Shown here in pieces: positions 9,768-19,990 of a DNA stretch of 64,000 nucleotides (positions are counted from its first letter, which is position 1; the number at the start of each line of letters is the position of its first letter). The stretch comes from Syntrophales bacterium (lineage in GTDB: Bacteria > Desulfobacterota > Syntrophia > Syntrophales > UBA2210), in NCBI GenBank assembly GCA_963666365.2, contig CAXXNF010000001.1, forward strand, positions 640,001-704,000, written 5' to 3'. The position numbers and the translations under genes were made by a program. The notes under the pieces were generated by a model. The model did no database searches. It saw only the letters and a list, made by a program, of their open reading frames with translations, and was not told where the DNA came from.

Positions 9768-11072
9768 TTACTTTGACGATTCGATGTATTCGACGACTTT
9801 TTCTGCGACGATGTTCATAGTCTCTTCAAAACGTCCTACATCCTTTTCGAGCAGCGTCAGCCTGAATCCGGGAAGCGCCGTAAAGAAGGATGTAAGTGGC
9901 ACCAGACATATCCCCGTGGCGCCCAGGAGATAGTAGACAAATCTTTTATCGTTCTCGATCTTGCCGGCTACAATCTTTTCCACGTATTCTCGAATCGCCG
10001 GTTCTTCGATATGGAGTGTCTGCCGCCCGTTCAGCACGGCTTCGTTGAATACAATAGTCATGTAAAAGGCGCCGTTGGTCCTGTTCACGACAATGTAGGG
10101 CACATCCTTGAGGATGCTGAAGGCAATATTGGACAGCTTTTCGTAGTGACGATTGCGACTCTCCAGATATTTCTGATACTCCGGATGTGCCATAATCCTC
10201 GGGATGGCAAGCTGCGGCAGCGTGGTGGAACAGACTTCCGACATCTTCTGGGTCAGTATGGCCGAGATATAGCGGGCGAATGTGTCATCCTTATCGGCGT
10301 TGTAAACCTCTATCCAGCCGCACCGTGCCCCGGGCCATGGAAATTCCTTCGATATCCCTTTCATGCTCATTCCCGGCACATCCTCAATGATATCGGAAAG
10401 GGGAAGCGTTTCCTGACCGTTGTAGATGATGTTACGGTATGTCTCGTCGAAGATGAGAAAGAGGTCGTATTCTTTGGCAATACCGACCACTTTCCTCAAT
10501 GTTTTTTCAGGATAGACGAAACCTGTTGGATTGTCTGGATTGATCACCAGGGCGCCTACGATCGTATTGTGGCTCTTTACCTTCCGCTCCAGCTCGGCGA
10601 TATCGGGGTGCCAGTTATGATAAGGATTCATCCGATAAGTATTGGGCGGAAAGGATGCATGGTGTATCTCCGCCAGAAGGTGCGTGGAATAGGTCGGCTC
10701 AGGCATGATGATGCGGGCATCGATTCTGATTGCACTGTAGGATCGTGCAATGGCGTCTCCCAGCCCGTTGAAAAAAATAATATCATCCATGTTGAGGGTA
10801 TAACACCCCCGCTTGGTCACCTGATCGGCAATAAATTCGCGTGTTTCATTCACACCCTTTGTGGGCGAATAGGCATAGGAGATATCATCACCCAGAATAT
10901 CCATCAGGGTATCCTTCATCCACTGGGGGATCTGTTCTCCCTTTGCGATGGGATCGCCGATGTTTTCCCAGAGGATATTCTTGCCGTATTCTCTCAATTT
11001 GTCGGCAACACCCACGATATTTCTAATTTCATACGTAAGGCCGGTGCCGCTCTTTGCAATGTCAAACCTCAT
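9768..11072 (-). CDS. PLP-dependent class I/II aminotransferase (AlaA-like)
   Basis: ENIGDP, YSPTKG, INPDNPTG, FDETY, GISKEFPWPGARCGW (PLP lysine). Confidence 0.9.
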   Translation of the reverse strand: MRFDIAKSGTGLTYEIRNIVGVADKLREYGKNILWENIGDPIAKGEQIPQWMKDTLMDILGDDISYAYSPTKGVNETREFIADQVTKRGCYTLNMDDIIFFNGLGDAIARSYSAIRIDARIIMPEPTYSTHLLAEIHHASFPPNTYRMNPYHNWHPDIAELERKVKSHNTIVGALVINPDNPTGFVYPEKTLRKVVGIAKEYDLFLIFDETYRNIIYNGQETLPLSDIIEDVPGMSMKGISKEFPWPGARCGWIEVYNADKDDTFARYISAILTQKMSEVCSTTLPQLAIPRIMAHPEYQKYLESRNRHYEKLSNIAFSILKDVPYIVVNRTNGAFYMTIVFNEAVLNGRQTLHIEEPAIREYVEKIVAGKIENDKRFVYYLLGATGICLVPLTSFFTALPGFRLTLLEKDVGRFEETMNIVAEKVVEYIESSK

Positions 11073-11108
11073 ATATACCCCTCACATCAAAGTCATAGTA
11101 AATGTTTG

Positions 11109-11137
11109 ATTATGTATTGCAATTTTGTCAATGTCAA
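11109..11137 (-). promoter_or_regulatory. Sigma-70-type promoter of the aminotransferase gene
   Basis: TTGACA-17 nt-CATAAT on the minus strand, about 37 nt upstream of the start codon. Confidence 0.65.
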
Positions 11138-11218
11138 AAGAAATTTTGACGATTTCTCAAAAAGTCGATTATGAAGCGTCATTGAATACGACCACCTCCG
11201 AAGCTGTCTCACGGGTAA

Positions 11219-11872
11219 TCAGGCAAAGGCGATAATATAACGGTACATCATCCAGAAATGAGAAAAGGACCCCATCATGACAAATATATGAAATATTTCA
11301 TGAAACCCGATGCAGGGCGGCCAGGGATCCGGCTTCTTGAGGGCATAAATCACGGCGCCCGCCGTATAAAACAGACCGCCGGCCACAAGCCACACCAGGG
11401 CGCCGGGCTGAAGAGTCTGTATCAGCGGCCATATGCCCACAAGGGCCATCCACCCCATACCGATGTAAATCGATGTCGAGAGCCAGCGCGGCGCCTTCAT
11501 CCAGAAAAGCTTGGTAAAAATCCCGGCTACGGCCAGTCCCCAAATCGTCCCGAAAATGCTCCACCCCCAGGGTCCCCGAAGCGGCGCCAGACACACCGGC
11601 GTATAGGTGGCTGCAATGAGCACAAATATCATCATGTGGTCGATTTTCCGTAATATGAGGGTGTCCTTCTCTGACAGAGGAAGCCAGTGATAGAGGGTGC
11701 TCGCCGTATAGAGAAGTATCATTCCGGCGCCGAATATGGAAAAGGAAACAATATGCCAGGGCGTACCGACAAAAGAAGCCTTGCATACCAGAAGCACCAG
11801 ACCGGCGACGGCAAGACATGCACCGATGCAATGGGTCAAACCGCTTATAGGATCTTTCACTTTAATCTTCAC
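11219..11872 (-). CDS. Hemolysin III / PAQR family membrane protein
   Basis: SGLTH, ASTLYH, KIDHMMIFVLIAATYTP, GFHEIFHIFV; about seven hydrophobic segments. GTG start at 11872 after GGAGAGG. Confidence 0.92.
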   Translation of the reverse strand: MKIKVKDPISGLTHCIGACLAVAGLVLLVCKASFVGTPWHIVSFSIFGAGMILLYTASTLYHWLPLSEKDTLILRKIDHMMIFVLIAATYTPVCLAPLRGPWGWSIFGTIWGLAVAGIFTKLFWMKAPRWLSTSIYIGMGWMALVGIWPLIQTLQPGALVWLVAGGLFYTAGAVIYALKKPDPWPPCIGFHEIFHIFVMMGSFSHFWMMYRYIIAFA

Positions 11873-12013
11873 TGCTGCAGCCTCTCCGAATTGTGTGACT
11901 GTCTTCTGTGTATCCGAAGCCGAATCAAAATGCAAGGGACCTCTCAAAAGGGTCGCCTCACACAAAAATCATCATGACCACCGGTCACGAAAAAAAACAC
12001 GTCATAACAGCCT

Positions 12014-12041
12014 ATTATAATACTAAAATCCCCCTGGTCAA
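12014..12041 (-). promoter_or_regulatory. Sigma-70-type promoter of the hemolysin III gene
   Basis: TTGACC-16 nt-TATAAT on the minus strand. Confidence 0.6.
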
Positions 12042-12378
12042 TGAGACAATTTTCACTTTTTGTTTGACCCGCCTTTCACAATATAGTAGATAAAAGCGTT
12101 TTTGGATCTGATATTCGAGGTGTGTAAACACCCCGTTCTTTCATACTGTGTTCTCCCCTTTCACAGCCGCGCGGAGGGGGATCATGCCATGTGAGAATCA
12201 TTGTGAACCGCCGGGAGAAGGGCGATTCGCATCAACAGGATCTTGATTATCAGCATTACCGCACAACCCCTTTCCTGAAGCGAGAATCGAGTGGGGAAAA
12301 GGCTTTTACAGACACCATACAGTCATGTGCGGCATACATAAGGATTATTCGGGTTCCTGATGTGGAGGAAAGAGTGTT

Positions 12379-12588
12379 ATGGCCAAGAAAAACTACAAGG
12401 TTACCGTGAATCGCAAAGCCTGCAAGGCCTGCGGTATTTGTGTCGCCTTTTGTCCGGTGTCAGTATTTACGACGGATCACGACGACAAGGCCGTCCCAAG
12501 CAACGTGGAAAAATGCACCGGATGCAGACAGTGCGAGCTTCTGTGTCCCGACTATTGTGTAGAAGTCGAGGAGGTTGCCAATGGCTGA
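12379..12588 (+). CDS. korD: 2-oxoacid:ferredoxin oxidoreductase delta subunit (2x[4Fe-4S] ferredoxin)
   Basis: CKACGICVAFCP and CTGCRQCELLCPD; overlaps the alpha-subunit start. Confidence 0.88.
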   Translation: MAKKNYKVTVNRKACKACGICVAFCPVSVFTTDHDDKAVPSNVEKCTGCRQCELLCPDYCVEVEEVANG

Positions 12589-13708
12589 AGTTCAATTGCT
12601 ACAAGGAAACGAGGCCTGCGTGTTTGGTGCCCTGGCAGCGGGGGTGCGCTTTTTTGCAGGATATCCCATTACCCCATCCACTGAAATTGCAAATATTTTC
12701 GCCCGCGAACTCCCCAAAATAGGGGGAAAATTTATGCAGATGGAAGACGAAATCGCGAGTATGGGGGCAATCATCGGGGCATCCTGCACGGGGACGAAAG
12801 CGATTACCGCGACAAGCGGACCGGGCTTCACCCTGAAGCAGGAAAATATCGGATTTGCCGCCGAGGCGGAAATACCCTGCGTCATTATAAATGTAATGCG
12901 TTATGGTCCGAGCACGGGGCTTCCCACCTGCCCGTCTCAGGGCGATTTTATGCAGGCACGATGGGGAACCCACGGCGATCATCCCATTATTGTGATCGCC
13001 CCCTACACCGCACGGGAGGCCTACAGGGAATCGGGAAGAGCAGTAAATCTCGCCGAAAAATATCGTGTGCCCGTTATTATCCTGATGGACGAAATACTGG
13101 GACATTTACGGGAACGGGTCGAATTTAAGGATGAAGACATCGTCCGAGTGGTGGATCGTAAAGGGCCAACGGGGGATGCCCCCTATTTCCCTTACGAGGA
13201 GACCGACGACGGGGTGCCGCCTTTTGCCAATTTCGGCTCAGGACACCGCTACCACATCACCGGCCTTATTCACGACAGAACGGGATTTCCCACCAATGAC
13301 CCGGAAACGGTCGACAGGATCATGCGACGAATGAACGGAAAAATCGACAAGCATATCGACGATATCACCCGTACGTCCATGGTTGAAATGGATGATGCAG
13401 AAATTGTGATCATCGCATTCGGCAGCGTAGCCAGATCCGCGGCGGAAGTAGTGAGAAACATGCGCCGTGCAGGCAGGAAAATCGGGTTGATCCGTCCCGT
13501 GACCCTCTGGCCGTTTCCCGATCGTGAAATCAGAGAAGCCACCGCCGGCAAAAAGGCCGTAATCGTAGCGGAAATGAACCTTGGGCAAATGGTTCGCGAG
13601 GTGGAGAGGACCATTGCCGGACAGACACCCGTGTACCCCCTGAACAGGATAGACGGACAGATGATCACGCCACACGATATAAGTGGCCGTATCGAGGAGA
13701 TAGAGTAA
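12581..13708 (+). CDS. korA: 2-oxoacid (probably 2-oxoglutarate):ferredoxin oxidoreductase alpha subunit
   Basis: GNEA, FAGYPITPSTE, QMEDEIAS, ATSGPGF, MRYGPSTGLPT. Confidence 0.9.
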   Translation: MAEVQLLQGNEACVFGALAAGVRFFAGYPITPSTEIANIFARELPKIGGKFMQMEDEIASMGAIIGASCTGTKAITATSGPGFTLKQENIGFAAEAEIPCVIINVMRYGPSTGLPTCPSQGDFMQARWGTHGDHPIIVIAPYTAREAYRESGRAVNLAEKYRVPVIILMDEILGHLRERVEFKDEDIVRVVDRKGPTGDAPYFPYEETDDGVPPFANFGSGHRYHITGLIHDRTGFPTNDPETVDRIMRRMNGKIDKHIDDITRTSMVEMDDAEIVIIAFGSVARSAAEVVRNMRRAGRKIGLIRPVTLWPFPDREIREATAGKKAVIVAEMNLGQMVREVERTIAGQTPVYPLNRIDGQMITPHDISGRIEEIE

Positions 13709-13710
13709 TC

Positions 13711-14541
13711 ATGGATGCCATCCACAAAAAATACCTGCGCATGGATAAGCTTCCCCACATCTGGTGTCCCGGTTGCGGGAACGGCACGATTATGGGTGCC
13801 TTTATCCGTGCAATCGACACGCTCGGCTACGAACAGGATGATGTAGTGGCGGTGTCGGGCATCGGTTGTTCCGGCCGTATTACCGGTTATCTAAATTTTA
13901 ATACGCTCCATACAACCCATGGAAGGGCACTGGCCTTTGCAACGGGCGTTAAAATGGCAAATCCGCGGCTCAAGGTGTTTGTATTCATGGGCGACGGCGA
14001 TGCGACCGCTATCGGCGGCAATCATTTGATCCACTCATGTCGAAGGAACATCGACATTACGGCGATCATATTCAATAATCATATCTACGGAATGACGGGC
14101 GGTCAGTATTCCCCCACGACATTCAGAAATAAGTATGCCACCACCGCCCCCTACGGCACCACGGACCCTGATTTCGATATCTGCAATCTCTGCATCGGGG
14201 CCGGCGCTTCCTATGTGGCCAGAGGGACGAGTTATCACGCAAAGATGCTCACGGATCTGATCGTTGCAGGCGCACGCCATGAGGGATTTTCGGTCATAGA
14301 AATCATCACGCACTGTCCCGTAAATTTTGGAAGGCGCAATGACTTTGATACCCCGGTCGACATGCTCCGCTGGCAGAAGGATCATGCCGTCAGGGCCTCC
14401 AGGGCTGAAAAGATGCCTCTGGAAGACATGGAAGGTAAATTTGTCATCGGCGAGCTCATGAAAACCGACAAGCCCGAATACGTGGCAGAATATGACCGTT
14501 TGATAGATGAGGTCCGGAAAGGAGTAACAGGCCGTGGGTAA
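13711..14541 (+). CDS. korB: 2-oxoacid:ferredoxin oxidoreductase beta subunit (TPP-binding)
   Basis: WCPGCG, SGIGCS, HTTHGRA, GDGDATAIGGNH, NNHIYGMTGGQ. Confidence 0.92.
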   Translation: MDAIHKKYLRMDKLPHIWCPGCGNGTIMGAFIRAIDTLGYEQDDVVAVSGIGCSGRITGYLNFNTLHTTHGRALAFATGVKMANPRLKVFVFMGDGDATAIGGNHLIHSCRRNIDITAIIFNNHIYGMTGGQYSPTTFRNKYATTAPYGTTDPDFDICNLCIGAGASYVARGTSYHAKMLTDLIVAGARHEGFSVIEIITHCPVNFGRRNDFDTPVDMLRWQKDHAVRASRAEKMPLEDMEGKFVIGELMKTDKPEYVAEYDRLIDEVRKGVTGRG

Positions 14542-15076
14542 GCGATGGGAAGTACGATTGATCGGAACGGGCGGCCAGGGAATTGTAACAGTAAGCATCA
14601 TTCTTGCCAACGCAGCCCTCAATGAAGGAAATAACGTAGTGCAATCGCAGAACTATGGACCGGAAGTGCGGGGAGGCCATAGTACTGCCTACGTGATTGC
14701 GTCGGACAACAGCATACTTTACCCCAAAATTGATTCACCTAATGTGATGCTCGTCATGTCCAATACAGACTACGAAAAATATTTGCCGGATATATCCGAT
14801 GACGGGATGCTTATCATGAACGGCGATGCCGGCGAGAGGGACCTCCCTGACAATGTCTATTTCGTGCCGATCACCGACATTGCCCATGACAAGGTGAAAC
14901 GGCCCATTACCGCTAATATTGTTTCACTGGGCGTGCTTGTGGGCATCACCGGCATGGTGTCGGAAAAGACGGCTCTGGAGGCAATGAAAAATGCGGTTCC
15001 CGCAAAGGCGGTTGTCATCAATGAAAAGGCTTTCATGCTCGGCGTTGAGGCGGGGAAAGCAGCCCTGATACGATAA
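14534..15076 (+). CDS. korC: 2-oxoacid:ferredoxin oxidoreductase gamma subunit
   Basis: GTGGQG, YGPEVRGG, ANIVSLG, NEKAF. Confidence 0.9.
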   Translation: MGKRWEVRLIGTGGQGIVTVSIILANAALNEGNNVVQSQNYGPEVRGGHSTAYVIASDNSILYPKIDSPNVMLVMSNTDYEKYLPDISDDGMLIMNGDAGERDLPDNVYFVPITDIAHDKVKRPITANIVSLGVLVGITGMVSEKTALEAMKNAVPAKAVVINEKAFMLGVEAGKAALIR

Positions 15077-15164
15077 GATATGGAGCAGGCAGGTTCCCGA
15101 AACACCTGTTTATTTCAGGCTTTACTGAGAGCAGGCATCGAGAGTGTACACGCTTCACTACCAT

Positions 15165-16211
15165 ATGCATAGGCATCGACTTTCCACATTTTTTGCCGTG
15201 GCACTACTCCTGCTCCCTGTCTGCACCGCCTGCACAGGATCAACGGATGCCGGTCTTTTTGTTGAAGACCAGCCGGCCCTTCTTACGCCGGAGGAACATC
15301 ATCGTTTAGTCCGAACGGGAGAAGCAATCCTCCGCGACCTCGATATTCATATTAAAACGGTTATCCTTAAAGAACAGGCGGACAACATAGAGCGAAGGGC
15401 CACGGAAATATTCGGCGCCGAAGCCCTTGGAAGCAAAACCGCCGGATCACGAGGCGTACTTTTTCTTATCGATCCCATGGGCAGGCAGGTCCGCCTGGAA
15501 ATAGGCTATGACCTTGAACCCCTGTTCCCCGATGGGTTCATAGGGTACATCGAGCGGCGCCAAATGCTTCCTTTTTTCCAAAGCGGCAAGGTCGGTCCGG
15601 GCATTGAAGCAACAATGGAACTGATCGTGGGAAAGGCACTCGGCAGGATTGACGAAAGCCGATACCGCATCGATCCGATACCGGAGCCGCACCAGCAGGG
15701 GCATTATTCGGGCGGTGCAGGAGCACGTATCGCCGTGGAAATTGATTCGCACGTTCCTCTCAGGGAGAAGACGGATCGACAAGAGGAATTCGGCCCTCAG
15801 GAATCGCCGTTGCGCACACTGGAACTGTATCGGAGCGTGTTGGCGCATCACATAAAAGATCCCTGCCTGAAACTCTACACTCCCGAAACACGGCAGTTTC
15901 TTGCCTCATGGACAGTAACGGACGCACAGCAGGACAATGAACTGCGCACACTGGAGTCGGTCAGCGGTCAAGAAACGGTAGTGTACGAAAAGGACCGAGC
16001 AGTGATCAGATTCCCATTGGACAATCGAAAGGCGCCCCCCTACTTCTTTCGAAGAAAAGACTCCCGGTGGATGCTCGATCTTGCAGGCATGAACGGAATC
16101 ATAGGGTTTAACCACCTGAATCAGTGGCACTTTCTAAAAACCGACCATCCGTGGCGTTTTTCCTTTTCCGATGTCCGCATCGATAAAAACGGATTCCCCC
16201 ATGCCCGATAA
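15165..16211 (+). CDS. Exported TPM-domain protein with an extra C-terminal domain (start codon uncertain)
   Basis: Hydrophobic leader ending in C-T-A-C; TPM motif GVLFLID...RQVRLEIGYDLEP. Confidence 0.72.
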   Translation: MHRHRLSTFFAVALLLLPVCTACTGSTDAGLFVEDQPALLTPEEHHRLVRTGEAILRDLDIHIKTVILKEQADNIERRATEIFGAEALGSKTAGSRGVLFLIDPMGRQVRLEIGYDLEPLFPDGFIGYIERRQMLPFFQSGKVGPGIEATMELIVGKALGRIDESRYRIDPIPEPHQQGHYSGGAGARIAVEIDSHVPLREKTDRQEEFGPQESPLRTLELYRSVLAHHIKDPCLKLYTPETRQFLASWTVTDAQQDNELRTLESVSGQETVVYEKDRAVIRFPLDNRKAPPYFFRRKDSRWMLDLAGMNGIIGFNHLNQWHFLKTDHPWRFSFSDVRIDKNGFPHAR

Positions 16212-16226
16212 ATGGAGGTATTATAC

Positions 16227-18461
16227 GTGACCGACAAAAAGCAACGGGCAATGTCCGCCATCATGTCCGCATTTCCCACGATCGAATCATTTACCGAGTT
16301 TTGCTCACATATCGATAATTCATCTATCGTTGATTCCTTCATAGGCTTTGCCGCAAGGAATAGGGTCATCGATTCCGCCGAGCAGGAAAGTCTGGAACAG
16401 TGGGTTCTTCACAACACAGTCTCAAATATCTGTCCCGCCTCTCCCCAAAAGATCACCTTCGAGGAACTACTCAATAAAAAGGGGGAAACGCTTCGACTGA
16501 ATCTTTCCCTGCGTGCATTGTGCACCCGCATCAATACGGTTCTTGATTCTCAACACATCGCCCTGCCTCGCGTCACCAATTCCATGCTGATCAGGTTAAA
16601 AAAGGAACCTCTGGATACGGCCCATAAACAAAATGTGCTGCGGAGTTTTGCATTCTGGATGGGATTTGAGCGACCGGACATCGCCGCAACGTGGCATTTT
16701 GAATCACTGGCAAATTTATTTCGTGGAGGCCGCCCGGCGCGTAATTACACAGAGGGTGTACGCATCGGGTTTGCGCTTTCCAGCAGGGGAGATGTCATAG
16801 ACCATGAAGTCGTCGGATGGCTGAAAAAAGCGATCAAAGAGTATATCGGGCAATCCATCACCAGGTTTCTTTACGGGAAATGGGGCAAGGTCAAGGCACA
16901 CGACATAATGACCTTGTACGTTGATTTTCCAAAAGAAGAGAAAGGAGGCAATCTCGTCTATTATAGGAATTGCATGCAAAGCGCGGTCATGCTGGCCCAT
17001 CAGATTTCACTTCGCTGGGCACTCTCCAGGTTTGCCACAAAAAACAGATTTCTCTCTATCGCCATAGTGGCGGGAGAATATGCGAACCTCGATAATTACC
17101 TCCTGCAGCTTCTTTCGACGCGCCTCCCCGGCGACCCGGTCATCAGGCTTTCCGACTATGCCCGCCAATGTCTTCTGATTAATGACATCCGTGCGATTCT
17201 TTGCCCGAATCCTGCGGAGACCACGTTATTCAACGGCGAATCACTCCCCGTCTGGTGGATTACGGGTCTATGGACAACACTGTATTTTGAATTTATTTCA
17301 GAGCTGCTCGATGACGAAGCATTGCAAAACACCCCCTCATCGATTGAAACACTAGACCGTCTGCTCTGGCCTATCAGTGAAGGCGGCGAAGCACCGTCGG
17401 GCATACTGTCCGAAGACCATGCCATCGCCACATTCTTTAAGTCTCCCCATAATTCTATGCTGGGCGTGGAAATTGCGAAGACGCTGTACTATCGGAAGAG
17501 ATGCGCCGAGGCCGCTGAAATTCTGCGAATTGTGCTGTCCATTAACCCTATGGATCTTGTCGCACGGACACTGCGTATGATCCTGTTTCGCAATATGGCG
17601 CTTGATACACCGTCGTACCGGACGGCGGCGGCGATTTTCCGTCAAGCCGAACAGGAGGCCGACAACATTCAGAAACACTGTGACTGTCATTCCGAGGATT
17701 TTTATTGTGAATACGGTATTTTGTGCCTGGCGGAAGCCTTGTCCATCGTCAGGCACCTGCGCGCATCTTCCGAAATTGTTTCGCCTATGAACGAAATGGA
17801 AAAACTGAAGCAAGGGGTCTACGCCGCATTGGAACGCTCGAAATATTTTTTTGAAAAAGGGATATCCCTCTCTCCTTCGGCCACCCGGTCTTCCTACTTG
17901 CTAAAAAGCGCCGCCATTTTGAAAGCGATCTTCGAAAATGATGAGGAACTCTTCATCAACCCGGTAAAACCGTTGACCGCGGAAGCGCATGTCGGCCAGA
18001 AAGAATCCATGGACGTCCAGTGGCAGGTCGGATATCGCCGCAGCGACTTACCAATCCATAAGCAGGATGAGCTGGCAGAAACAACGATGATTCACAACGC
18101 CACCACTCACGGCGAATCGATTGTCCTGTTGGGATATCAACCCGCGGCCCATTTCTGCTATGCCGTCGCATTGTGGGATTTCCTCTCTCCTCATACGGTT
18201 TCAAGGGCACGGATTGTAAGAGATAAAATACAATGCGCGCTGGAAACGGCCCAACAGGCACAGGAAAAAAATGTGTACATCTATTCATTTACCCGCATCT
18301 ATGGCGAGATGATTCCTCCCGGGGAATTCATTGAACACATGCAACGGGCAATGCAAATGATCAGCGAAGAAGTGGGAGGCGACCTGGAGGGACGACAGGA
18401 TAATGAAATCATCACGAGCGGAAAACGCCGGCCGCCAAAACTGTTTACACTGAATTTTTAA
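16227..18461 (+). CDS. Large hypothetical protein (possible HTH, degenerate nucleotide-cyclase-like and TPR regions)
   Basis: About 745-codon ORF; GTG at 16227 after GGAGG; TPR-like EAAEILRIVLSINPMDLVA. Confidence 0.75.
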   Translation: MTDKKQRAMSAIMSAFPTIESFTEFCSHIDNSSIVDSFIGFAARNRVIDSAEQESLEQWVLHNTVSNICPASPQKITFEELLNKKGETLRLNLSLRALCTRINTVLDSQHIALPRVTNSMLIRLKKEPLDTAHKQNVLRSFAFWMGFERPDIAATWHFESLANLFRGGRPARNYTEGVRIGFALSSRGDVIDHEVVGWLKKAIKEYIGQSITRFLYGKWGKVKAHDIMTLYVDFPKEEKGGNLVYYRNCMQSAVMLAHQISLRWALSRFATKNRFLSIAIVAGEYANLDNYLLQLLSTRLPGDPVIRLSDYARQCLLINDIRAILCPNPAETTLFNGESLPVWWITGLWTTLYFEFISELLDDEALQNTPSSIETLDRLLWPISEGGEAPSGILSEDHAIATFFKSPHNSMLGVEIAKTLYYRKRCAEAAEILRIVLSINPMDLVARTLRMILFRNMALDTPSYRTAAAIFRQAEQEADNIQKHCDCHSEDFYCEYGILCLAEALSIVRHLRASSEIVSPMNEMEKLKQGVYAALERSKYFFEKGISLSPSATRSSYLLKSAAILKAIFENDEELFINPVKPLTAEAHVGQKESMDVQWQVGYRRSDLPIHKQDELAETTMIHNATTHGESIVLLGYQPAAHFCYAVALWDFLSPHTVSRARIVRDKIQCALETAQQAQEKNVYIYSFTRIYGEMIPPGEFIEHMQRAMQMISEEVGGDLEGRQDNEIITSGKRRPPKLFTLNF

Positions 18462-18600
18462 ACGGTTTTTTAACTCACCACCCCTTTGAGAAGCAGTGCA
18501 ACATAACGGGCGGGAGACCTGCCCTTCGCCCCCCCGCCCTGCTATCTTTTCTCTTTGCCGTCATTTATGCACTTGCGGCGACGGCTCAGCATCTCTTTTC

Positions 18601-19950
18601 TCACTTCGCACATCTGTCCAGGTCCTCCGGCACAGGAGGCGTACAGTACTGCGCAGGAACTATAAACACTTTGTCGTACCCGGCAACCCCTTCGTACCAC
18701 TCATTCGGATAGACAAGTTCCGCCACCGCCATGTCTCTCACGACCTGGTGATCGCAGGCTCTCATCTTCACTACGCCGTTAATCGCTTTGTATTCATCAC
18801 CTTCCCAGGTAGCAATAATTTTCTCTGCATCGAGGCTTCCGGCCCTTTCAATAACATCCATAAGCCAATAGTACATCGCCGTGGTTGCACCGGGAGGTCC
18901 CTGGGGATATTTCCACAGCACATTCGTATAGTCTCCGCCCCATTTCGGCCACTGATCGGCCCATGCCTTGGCCAATGCCTTCATTTCCGGCGTGTCAATG
19001 GCGAGACAATGATCGGAGCACACAACTGTTCCAGCACCCGCCTCTCCCTTGAGGTGACCCTGGATCGGCGGGTTGTCCGTTTCATACCCTGCGATCGGCT
19101 GAGTGATGCCCAGTTCGCGCGCCTGTTTCATCAGATTCGTGATATCGGCGCCCCAATTACTGGAAATAAGAACCTCCGCGCCACTCCCCTGAATTTTCGT
19201 AAGATAGGGAGCAAAATCTTTCAGGAACAGCGGGTGATATTCCTCACCCACAATTTCCGCATCAGGCTTATACTTTTTCAAGCTATTCTTTACCGCATCG
19301 GCCCAGGCATGGCCAAAGGCATAGTCCTGACAAAGAAAATAGAATTTCTTCTCCGGCCTTTTTGAGTAGAAATAGCCGAGTGCACCCAGCATGGTCGTGT
19401 TTTGTCTGACCCTGAAGGTGTAGCGATTAAAATTCGCCCCATTCATCAACTCGTCTGAATAACCGGCATAGCTCATGAAAATTGTTTTGTATTTCTTTGC
19501 CACATTCTGCACTATCAGCGTATGGTGGGTTCCGACAACTCCCGCCAGGATATCGACTTTGTCTTCCAGACAGAGCTTTTCCGCCACTTTTTTCGTGACA
19601 GCCGGCTTGAATTGGTCATCAGCTTTTATTATCTGAATCTTTTTCCTTTTCCCGTCAACGACGATGCCGCCCCGCTTGTTGATGTCATGCACAACCCAGG
19701 CCGAAACGAGATTGTAGCAGACGCCGGCTATCGCCCCGGGACCTGAAAACGCCTCAATCAATCCGATCTTGATCGTGTCCCCCGTGGAAACGACAGGGTT
19801 GTTCGGATTAAAGTCGGACATGTCCGACATTTTAGCGGCATCAAAGCCGGGCATAGCCACTGACTGCCCTGTCAAAAGGAACAGCAGGGCCGCTGCCATG
19901 CACAGGCAGCCTATTATGACATTCCCCTGGTACCTTCTACGTGTTCTCAT
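18601..19950 (-). CDS. ABC transporter solute-binding protein, LivJ/K-like (paralog 1)
   Basis: Signal peptide; IKIGLI..FSGP, FNRYTFR, QDYAFG, YHPLFLKDFAPYLTKI, MRACDHQ. ATG at 19950 after AAGGAGG. Confidence 0.9.
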   Translation of the reverse strand: MRTRRRYQGNVIIGCLCMAAALLFLLTGQSVAMPGFDAAKMSDMSDFNPNNPVVSTGDTIKIGLIEAFSGPGAIAGVCYNLVSAWVVHDINKRGGIVVDGKRKKIQIIKADDQFKPAVTKKVAEKLCLEDKVDILAGVVGTHHTLIVQNVAKKYKTIFMSYAGYSDELMNGANFNRYTFRVRQNTTMLGALGYFYSKRPEKKFYFLCQDYAFGHAWADAVKNSLKKYKPDAEIVGEEYHPLFLKDFAPYLTKIQGSGAEVLISSNWGADITNLMKQARELGITQPIAGYETDNPPIQGHLKGEAGAGTVVCSDHCLAIDTPEMKALAKAWADQWPKWGGDYTNVLWKYPQGPPGATTAMYYWLMDVIERAGSLDAEKIIATWEGDEYKAINGVVKMRACDHQVVRDMAVAELVYPNEWYEGVAGYDKVFIVPAQYCTPPVPEDLDRCAK

Positions 19951-19990
19951 ACATGCCTCCTTTGCGGTCTTACACCTTTTTCGGTTCATA

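Noticed and set aside
11147..11168. REP-like arm TTTGACGATTTCTCAAAAAGTC
   Set aside because: It resembles dispersed deltaproteobacterial repeats, but only one arm is present with no partner nearby.
10011..11174. 387-aa ORF antisense to the aminotransferase (similarly 27115-28260, 40783-41748, 62452-63486, 26079-26990)
   Set aside because: These overlap well-supported genes on the opposite strand and have no recognisable motifs; typical shadow ORFs in GC-rich coding DNA.
11219..11872. Hemolysin toxin
   Set aside because: Hemolysin III/PAQR proteins are widespread housekeeping membrane proteins; the family name is not evidence of virulence.
12100..12378. Riboswitch/ncRNA or 72-aa ORF upstream of korD
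   Set aside because: No recognisable RNA family consensus; the ORF overlaps korD out of frame and has no motifs.
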